Of a stretch of 64,000 nt of DNA, positions 55,691-64,000 are shown piece by piece. The notes under the pieces are model-generated. The model had not been told where the DNA came from, did not search any database, and was given only the letters and a program-made list of their open reading frames with translations. The stretch comes from Octopus vulgaris (lineage: Eukaryota). The first letter of the stretch is position 1. Every line of letters starts with the position of its first letter. A program made the translations under genes and the position numbers. The stretch is from contig OX597814.1 in the NCBI GenBank assembly GCA_951406725.2, positions 46,066,001-46,130,000 of the forward strand, read 5' to 3'.

Positions 55691-55742
55691 AAAAATTGTT
55701 ATAAATATATTATGCCTTTCAGTTTATTTTTTATAATTGTAG

Positions 55743-55809
55743 ATACCTGTTTGCTTTGGGGAAAAACGTTTGGAAAAAAAGCAAGAAAAGATATTTTGTT
55801 TTAGTTCAG
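55743..55809 (+). CDS. CADPS: CAPS exon 7 (YLFALGKNVWKKSKKRYFVLVQ), 67 nt, phase 2/0, PH domain beta1-beta2
   Basis: ttgtag acceptor and gtatgt donor; matches CAPS [23 protein letters not shown]. Confidence 0.95.
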
Positions 55810-58047
55810 GTATGTTATTTTTTGTTATTACTTTTAACCACTTTTCATTTTACCATATCCCTCCCTTATAAATTCATGATTTTGTACCATTGTAAGAAAT
55901 CATCCTCATCACTATTTAGTTTAGAGAGAGGTATGTCAGTATCCATAGTCCTTCCAAGCCTTCACAGACTTGTGAAGTTAATGCAATAGATGTTTTACAG
56001 GTTGATGACCATAGGGAAACACAGATTGGGAGTGAGTTCCAGAAAGTTGCACTTCTAGGAAGGAAGGAAAAATTAGGCAAAGTGTTTTGTATGGAGTTAT
56101 TGAGTGAAATGCAGTAGGGAAATCTTAATAAGAATTTTGCTAATAAAAACCTGATAATACCTGAAATTCATGGGATAAAAATGGCTAAATGTTGCAAAAA
56201 ATGCTGCATGTGTGTCTCTTATTTATATATTTTTATCCCCTTTCAATAAGAAAACCACATCTACTCAGAGATTCAGTGCTAACTGAGATGAAATGATCCC
56301 ATTAAAGAAAAATTGCTTTTATTATTTTTGTGCAAGCTGTAAGAATTATGATTCTCAGACAGTATAAAATTATGCTGAGGAGGATAGCAGGAAAAGAATG
56401 AGTTATGGTAACCTGTTATATAAATGAATTGCTTTTTACTGATATCATATATTACCTGTTGCATTTAGCAACTCTGTTAATAAAGGCCTCTTATGTGATA
56501 CTGCGCAAATAATTTTTCCCAGGGTTCATTTGATGTTTTTTTTTAGCCTTAAAACATCTCTGATCAACAGGCCTATGATCAAAGACATTTTAGCTGTAAT
56601 CTTCCAACCATTTATTGCTATTCTTACAGTTTTAAATAATGTCAGCTGTGATTCAAGGAATTTTTGTCTGCTTTTTTCACGGCACCAGCACTAGTGAAGT
56701 TACTATGCAGCTGATAGGAGTAAAACCCCTTTAACTGAGTGTGGCTACAATTGAGAAGCAGCATTATGCTAGGAGATGAGGAGCTAAAGTATGACAGAGG
56801 AAGTCAAGACAAGTTTTTTTCATGTAGAGGAGCTGCATGGCTGCTCTCATTATAAAAGAAAAGGTAGAACTAACTGAGGTGAAGATGGAAATAGATGAAA
56901 ATACTGGTAAGGAAGTTAGTAGAGACAGAGAATAGGAAGTGTATATGGATAGGGATTGCAAGAGTTATAAGAAGAGTGAGAGATGGTTAGAGTTAGAGAA
57001 TGGATGAGCAGATGAATATAATGAAGAATAAGTGTTGAGGAATAAGTAGAGAAGATTAAGTGACAACTGTAGAAATTAGTTAGGGTTGATGGATGGGTGT
57101 AATGACTTGTGGATAAGGAGTTGGAGGTGACTTATGATGCATATGATTTGGGGAGGTAGGGGAGAATAGGGGATGATTGACAGTTTGTAAAAAAAGGTGA
57201 AATGAAGAGCAGTAGTATCACAATAATGATAGTGTAGATAGGGAAAGGAAGAGAGAGAGAGAGGGGGAGCTGACCTGTGGTTGAGTGGTTGCATGAAGCA
57301 GTGTTGGATAAAAATATAATCATGTACGACCATATTTAACACATTTCATGTCATACAATCGAATGATTCAGATCATAAATCATAGTGGAATGTATTTTCG
57401 CACATTTTGTCTGTGAGGAGAATTTTTTCTGAGACCATTTCTGCAGCAAATGGTCTTTCAATGTTCAAATGTACACAAATTTGTTAAATATGGTTGCATA
57501 TACTTATATTTTATTCAGTGCTGCTTAGTATACTTCTAATTATTTAATTCTCACTTGACCAAGCTTTACTGTTCTTATAATTAAGAATTATCATTCTTGT
57601 TGGACTGTAAAAAACAATTCAGTATTCTTAGCTAATATATGGTAATATTCATAAATGTTTAAGTAATGTTACAGATTGTTTCCAGTTTGTTTTGTTGTTT
57701 ACTATTGAACAGGGATAGTTGTGATATATCCACTAAACAGAAATTTTGTCCTAAACCATACATCTCAGCCATGTTTTCAACTTTAAGCATTTCATTTCAA
57801 TATTAAATTTTAGTTAATCTCATATATCTAGTCTAAAGATGATAGTAGGACCTCTACATTTTTGTTGACACTAAAAGTCAGATAAATAAAAATTGCTTTC
57901 AAAATAACTTGACCAAATTCCAAAATTAGGCTTTTTACACTCTCTTTAAAGTTATTTCAAGCTTCAGTTAGTTTTCTTTTTTTCTTTTTTTCTTTTGAAC
58001 TTCCAAAAAGTTGGACATTCTGTTAATAATTGTTAATTTCATTTCAG

Positions 58048-58156
58048 GTATCTCAATACACATTTGCCATGTGTAGTTACAGAGAAAAAAAACCTGAACC
58101 AACAGAAATGATGCAACTTGATGGATTTACGGTAGATTATACTGAGCCCCATCCTG
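58048..58156 (+). CDS. CADPS: CAPS exon 8 ([37 protein letters not shown]), 109 nt, phase 0/1, PH domain
   Basis: atttcag acceptor and gtaaat donor; [15 protein letters not shown] identical to recalled CAPS. Confidence 0.97.
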
Positions 58157-58859
58157 GTAAATATTACTAATATTTAGAATCAAAATTATCTTATTTATTT
58201 ATTTACTTAATATTTTTTGTACCTACTTAAATTGTATGGACCTGACTGGTGTCAGCAGTCTGTTTGATTCTGTATTTGCACCTCTTTAGTCTTTCCACTA
58301 CTTTATATTTTGGTTTTTCTCCACTCTAGTTTTCAGCATATAATAATTTACAGAATTTATTCAGTTTTCACTCACCTCTTTTTATTTGGCTATGCCACTG
58401 TATACTCTTTTGTGAACTGGGTTTATATTTGTTTTTGTCATTTGTCTTAATGTTGTACTTCAAGTAAGTCACTTGTAGCTAATTTTGATTCAAGACACTT
58501 CATCTTATATTTTCATATCATAAACGAGTCAAAATTTTCAAGATGTTCTCTGCTGACTCTAATTATTCATTATACTCTCTAATCGCTATTCTCAACTCTT
58601 AAACAATAAAGATATCTCTTGATTCAGGGAATACACCATCAACATCCACACATCATTTATACAACTAGTTTTGCTAATGAAGTGTTAGCCTAAAGTGCAA
58701 GTCCTTCTTCAGACTACTTTGAATCCACAGGGTTCAGAGTAGATACTTTTATACAATTGCTGCTTTCAATACTTACTTAATTTTGAGTAGCACTTAATCT
58801 CTTTCTACATACTAAATCAAGGTCACTATTTAGATTTTGCTATATTTCCTTTTTTTAAA

Positions 58860-59040
58860 ACTCCAAACACATTTTCCAAGTTTCCAACTTCTTCTGCATT
58901 TCCTCTAGGGATTCATTGATGAGAACCAGGTCATTTGTATATAGAAGTTGCCATGGGAATTCTGATGAAAGGGCTTCAATATCTGGAAGAAAAGTTATGG
59001 GCTCAGAACCAAATTTTGGTGAATGTAGAATTCTTCTCAA
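58860..59040 (-). mobile_element. Short RTE RT relic
   Basis: PWQLLYTNDLVLINES..EMQKKLETWK, a decayed YADD region. Confidence 0.6.
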
Positions 59041-59649
59041 CAAGTTACTAACCCTGGCCTGGCTTTTTGAATTTTAACATATTGATTTTTAGTTCATTTG
59101 TCCAAAAATAACTGTACTATAAAAATTGTGCAGTTTTTCTATTGATAGTTTGGTATTTCTCTTGTTGGCTCAATAGCAAGATAATGTTTTTAGTTTATTC
59201 ATCAATTCTATGCTTTTAGCATGCTGTAAATGCTTTGAAATGATCCTTTGTGTGATTAATACAACTAAATCTATTATCATCCCTTGTGACTAACTAACGC
59301 TCAAAGAAATCTAAATTATTGTTTAAAAAGGTACTGAAAATTGAAGACAATAATTCTGAGAAAAATATTTTAATAATTTTACTATGTATAAGCCAAAGAA
59401 AAATCTAATGAAAATGATGGCTAAAATCCTTGTTTTCCTAAATTAAATTTCAATAAATACAAAATGATTTTTTCAAGACAGTGTAAAAAGGAAACTTAAT
59501 GTCGTCAGTAATGTTGCTTGTAGACTGAAGTAGTCATCATAATTTTAGTTGTTATTGATGTCAGTGATGCTGCTGTTACAGTCATTATCATCAACATATT
59601 CATTATTATTGCTTTCTTTTTCTTTAATCTTTTTCTATTTATCTCTCCT

Positions 59650-59672
59650 TTTACTACTACTACTACTACTAC

Positions 59673-59706
<34 letters not shown>

Positions 59707-59740
59707 GCTACTACTACTAATACTGCTGCTGCTGCTGCTG

Positions 59741-59774
<34 letters not shown>

Positions 59775-59800
59775 CGCCACCACCACTGCTACTACTGCTG
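59650..59800. repeat. Compound trinucleotide microsatellite (CTA)n(ATA)n(CTG)n(CTA)n
   Basis: Directly visible. Confidence 0.97.
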
Positions 59801-61872
59801 CATTATAATTTCTGCCTTAGCAATGGTTTATGTTCACTGATAACATTTGGCTATTTTTACAAAATAGCTTCCCTTTTTTGCTTCTTTTGTAAACTTAAAT
59901 ATCCTAAGTAATCCTACTTGTTGGAGGAGGGAAGGGGTATACTGCTTTTCTGATTTTAAATTACAACTAGAATTTCTTCCTATCTATCTATTTTGTAGCA
60001 CTTCCATACTACCTTAATCTCTGCAAACAACACTTATCCTTTAATTTGTTAGCTCATTGGAACATTGCTATCCTTTAGAATTAAATACTTGATATTTTTA
60101 GGAAATAGCAGTTGTATCATTTCTCTATAATCATATAAATTTCATTTTAATTTTTTATATTTGCTGCCAAATATTGAGGTTTTTTTTTTTTTTTGCTCTT
60201 TACAAGAAATATATTTTTAAATTGTTCTCTATCTTTCATAATTTTAGTTATTATGTTGCCTTTCACTCTCACTTCACTGAGTTAAATTGTAAGTTTTATT
60301 TGTGATATTGATGCACTTAGTGAAATGGATAATGCAAATATATAAGAAATATTAATTGCTGTAGATTGAGGAAGAGAGTAGATATCATTATGTAGAAATT
60401 CAGCAATACTAAGCAATATCATCAGCGCAATTAATAGCATATACCCAATAATTTGATGTATGATGTGTAGATCAAATGTACAACCTCAAAAGGTAAGCAG
60501 ATAAATAAAAATGAAGGCTAGTAATAAATGTCATTGATGTTTATAATCTGTAACAATATTTCATGGGCAGTACAAGAAAATTTCAAAGATGAACTTAAAA
60601 TTATTGATAATAATGAAGTTTATGATGTTAAAAGATTTTCAACAGAGCAGAACTTACATATATAAAACAATTGCTTTCCTTAATAATTTTATGGTACTCA
60701 GATGTTTCTTTTCTAATCTGCTGTATTACTCATTTGAATTGTTGCAAATAGCTACTCACTGAAGGTGAAAGCTGTTCAACTTGTTTGTCCACTTGTGTAT
60801 TGATCCTTTCAGTACAAGTTAGCTATATTGAATTAAAAAGTGATAAATATTAGCTGAATGATTAAGTATTAGGTTTTGTCACTGGTTGACAGTTACTGTC
60901 TAAAGAAGATGATGTATGAAATTTATTTAATTGTAAAACAAATCAGACAGATTGATTAACTATATTCTCTGTCAACAGCAAGAGAATGTTAACCGTTACT
61001 AGACCATTTTATGTAATAAATTATGAAAAGAAAATATAATCATCAGTTATCAAACTTCAATGGATTTCTCTTTTTTTTTTCTCATTTTAACAAGATTATT
61101 ATAACAAGCATCCATAAATGTTTGCATCTTTGAAAAAAAGCATTATTATACTAGATACAAACAACAAGGATCTAATTCTCATAAGAACGCATTCAACACA
61201 ATTTCTCAGTTCATTATTGATTCACTAGCATGGGGAAGAGACAAAAATCAAAACTCATTCTACTTTATTGTAAGGATCTGACTTAGATTGTATAATGTAT
61301 AAAGTATCTTAAAATAATATAACATATGAATTGTCTTTAAAAAATTTACTCCTGAGTGAATAATCTATAAGAAATACATAACATAAAAATTGAAAATTTA
61401 TTACTCCCTTAATTTATGGAAGGACTGACACATATGAAAATGGATGATATCCAAAGATTAGAAATATAAACACCAGGAATTTATGGATAAAAGATGAATT
61501 ATAAAAAAGTAAAGAATAGTGTGATGAAAATTAGTAAGCATGCATACCATAAAATTGATCTTTCCATCATAAAGAGCTGCAAGAAGAAAAAAAATTCAAA
61601 GATGTAATAAAGTGCTATAACCTGCTTAATAAATCCACCACACCTTTCAATCCAGTATAACTTGGTGCTTTTGTGGAATAATTTTAAGTACCATTGAAAT
61701 TGAGACTTGGGCTTTCTGAGACTTTGTTGCATTGATTAAAAGCCATGAACCATAAATTTGGGGGATTCTAATCTTATTCTAAAGAAATATGAATGAAATG
61801 AGAGAAAATACTGCAATCCTGATTTGATTTATAGAAAAGAGATTATGTAGCACTCTGTACTATTTAAGTATT

Positions 61873-62077
61873 CTTTTCTACTCCAGGCACAAGGCTTGAA
61901 ATTTTGGGGGATGGGGGTCAGTCGATTAGATCAACCCCAGTATGCAACTGGTACTTAATTTATCAACCTTGAAAAGATGAAAGGCAAAGTCAACCTCAGT
62001 GGAATTTGAACTCAGAACATAAAGACAGACGAAGTACCACTAAGCATTTTGCCCGGCATGCTAACATTTCTGCCTTA
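61873..62077 (-). mobile_element. tRNA-derived SINE with TSD
   Basis: TSD tactatttaagYatt at 61858-61872 and 62078-62092; same family as 33392-33607. Confidence 0.9.
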
Positions 62078-62526
62078 TACTATTTAAGCATTGAAAGCAG
62101 CAATTTTATAGGAAATACAACATTGAGTAACTACAGAAAACTTTCTCATTATATTGTGCATTATGATTTGTCAGTCTGATGGAGTTCATCTTTCCTCAAG
62201 ATACAACTACTGACTGAAATATCTGGAACAAGCAACTGCAAAGTCATAGTCTCAGTTTGTTGAGATCTTCTCTGTCTTTTTGCAGCACTTTTTGCATTCC
62301 TTATATAAATTCCAAAATATTCTTAAAGTAACATAGGTAAATATAACAAAGAAAAAAAAATGAGTTTTATAGTTTCACAGTCTTTTACCCTATAGATATA
62401 ATATATTCTAGACATGTAGATATCTATTTCAAACCAAAGAGAAAAATAATAAAATATTGATGTTCACAGTAATTTTCACAGAAATTTTAATGCATTTGGT
62501 TATATTATTCTCTTGCTTTCTAACAG

Positions 62527-62724
62527 AGTTCATGGAAGGGGGAAAATATTTCTTCAATATTGTGAAGGAAGGTGACACGGTAACATTTGCTACAGAAGAT
62601 GAAACAGAGCGTACATTGTGGGTTCAAGCAATATATCGAGCTACAGGACAGACACACAAACCTGTACCTCCTGTAATGCAAACTAATAAAATTAGCAATA
62701 CTCAGATATCAAGAATGCAAGGAG
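62527..62724 (+). CDS. CADPS: CAPS exon 9 ([66 protein letters not shown]), 198 nt, phase 1/1, PH domain end
   Basis: ctaacag acceptor and gtaagt donor; matches CAPS [41 protein letters not shown]. Confidence 0.97.
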
Positions 62725-63213
62725 GTAAGTTATCATACATACATATATGCCTACATACATATACACATCCATGCATTATGCATGCATGTTCTACTATAGT
62801 TTATATTTTCTAAGTAGGGGTAAAAATTCAGATGTTTTTTAATGCTTTTTAATGTTGATTTTTGTTTTTATTAATAACATAATTGAAAATTACATTTCAA
62901 AAAAGTAACCATGTAATCAGTTTTTACTTTTTACTATTGCCTTGATTGTTCAACATTTGAAGTATGTGAATGATCATATACTTAAATGTTATTAATCATC
63001 TCCAGACATTTTATATTTGACTGTCTGGGATTATGAACTTGTGTGTTGCACTGAAGCATTTGAGTTGCTGTCTTTGATTGTATGTGCTCAACCAGATATA
63101 ATCAGGGTTACTCAGCAGCAACAACAATCCTTAACCTATGTATCAAAAGTTAAGAATCTTTTGACAATTTTAATTTCACTATTTTTATTTACTATTATAA
63201 ATTTATTTTCTAG

Positions 63214-63350
63214 ATGCAGATAGAGCCCGAAAACATGGATTAGATGAATTTGTCCAGGCAGATCCATGTCTCTTTGATCATCATGAAATGTTTAGCCTTC
63301 TGCAAAATTTATCCCTTGATTATAGATTAAATGATACTTACACTTCACTA
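63214..63350 (+). CDS. CADPS: CAPS exon 10 (ADRARKHGLDEFVQADPCLFDHHEMFSLLQNLSLDYRLNDTYTSL), 137 nt, phase 1/0
   Basis: ttttctag acceptor and gtaagt donor; matches CAPS ADRAQKHGMDEFI...LTLDHRLNDSYSCL. Confidence 0.96.
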
Positions 63351-64000
63351 GTAAGTATACTTGAACTAATTTTTATGTTATTTTTATTTTGATCAATGCA
63401 TTTATACTAGCACTTTTTAACTGGTGATATTTACAACTTTATCTCAAGAATAGATTAAATCCGAAGTTTAAAAAAATACAAGTTGAATTGAAGATTTTTT
63501 TTATTTCAATACATTGCCAATCAACTTTCTCTAAATTTATTTCCATGATTACTGTAAATCTTATTTTGGTATAAAACCAAAGAATATGCTTTTGATAAAT
63601 ATCTATAGCAGTCATGGAGAATCAGTAAAGCCTTGTTTAAAATCATATAAACTGTATACTTGCTTGTCTTGACAAATAATTTTCTTATATATATGTGAGG
63701 TTTATGCTTAGGCTATTTTAATGTATCACTTTTGAATTCACAATGTTTAGTTATTCTTTCATTAATAAAATTTAATAAATCTACTTTAATCTGGTTTTGA
63801 GTATGTATCATTCTTATGTCTTTTGACTACGTTTGCTGTTGAAGTAAGACACCTTCAATAGCTAATGACAGTAGATAAATACTGAAATAAATAAAAACAA
63901 AGTTGTAGAAGCAAAAACATAAAAACTAATGAAAGATGAAAACAAAGATATTTATAATTGAAAAATAGGATTTTCATATCATTCCATGGAATGAGTTTAT

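Noticed and set aside
59505-59911. Poly-L/V/I ORFs resembling membrane proteins
   Set aside because: Compound trinucleotide microsatellite.
60300-60900. Possible hAT transposase C-terminal relic on minus (QPVT....*SFS)
   Set aside because: A single weak motif, too degenerate to support without a profile search.

Overview
AT-rich animal genomic DNA, most likely an octopus. This is inferred from the SINE/RTE-tail families, the long TA microsatellites and the gene style, and was not checked by search. The window lies entirely inside one plus-strand gene, CAPS/CADPS (calcium-dependent secretion activator, unc-31 orthologue). Ten GT-AG exons between 16980 and 63350 splice in consistent phase into a stop-free 1224-nt/408-aa stretch covering the C2 domain, the PH domain and the start of the downstream helical region. 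The 5' and 3' exons lie outside the window. The introns hold decayed transposons: four copies of one CR1/L2-group LINE, a two-LTR Gypsy element nested in one of them, an internally inverted Penelope-like element, an RTE LINE with a 5' inversion, an R4/Dong-like fragment, MULE and Tc/pogo relics, MITEs, many SINEs and a 2.5-kb tandem array built from a retroposon 3' region. I found no convincing new protein-coding system. The best leads are RNA-level: (1) an inverted pair of degenerate hammerhead-ribozyme-like repeats before exon 6; (2) a three-arm inverted repeat abutting the PH-domain exon; (3) a Trp-to-Ser change in that exon's lysine-rich loop; (4) the tandem array. Exon coordinates were read base by base. 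Repeat boundaries are approximate.
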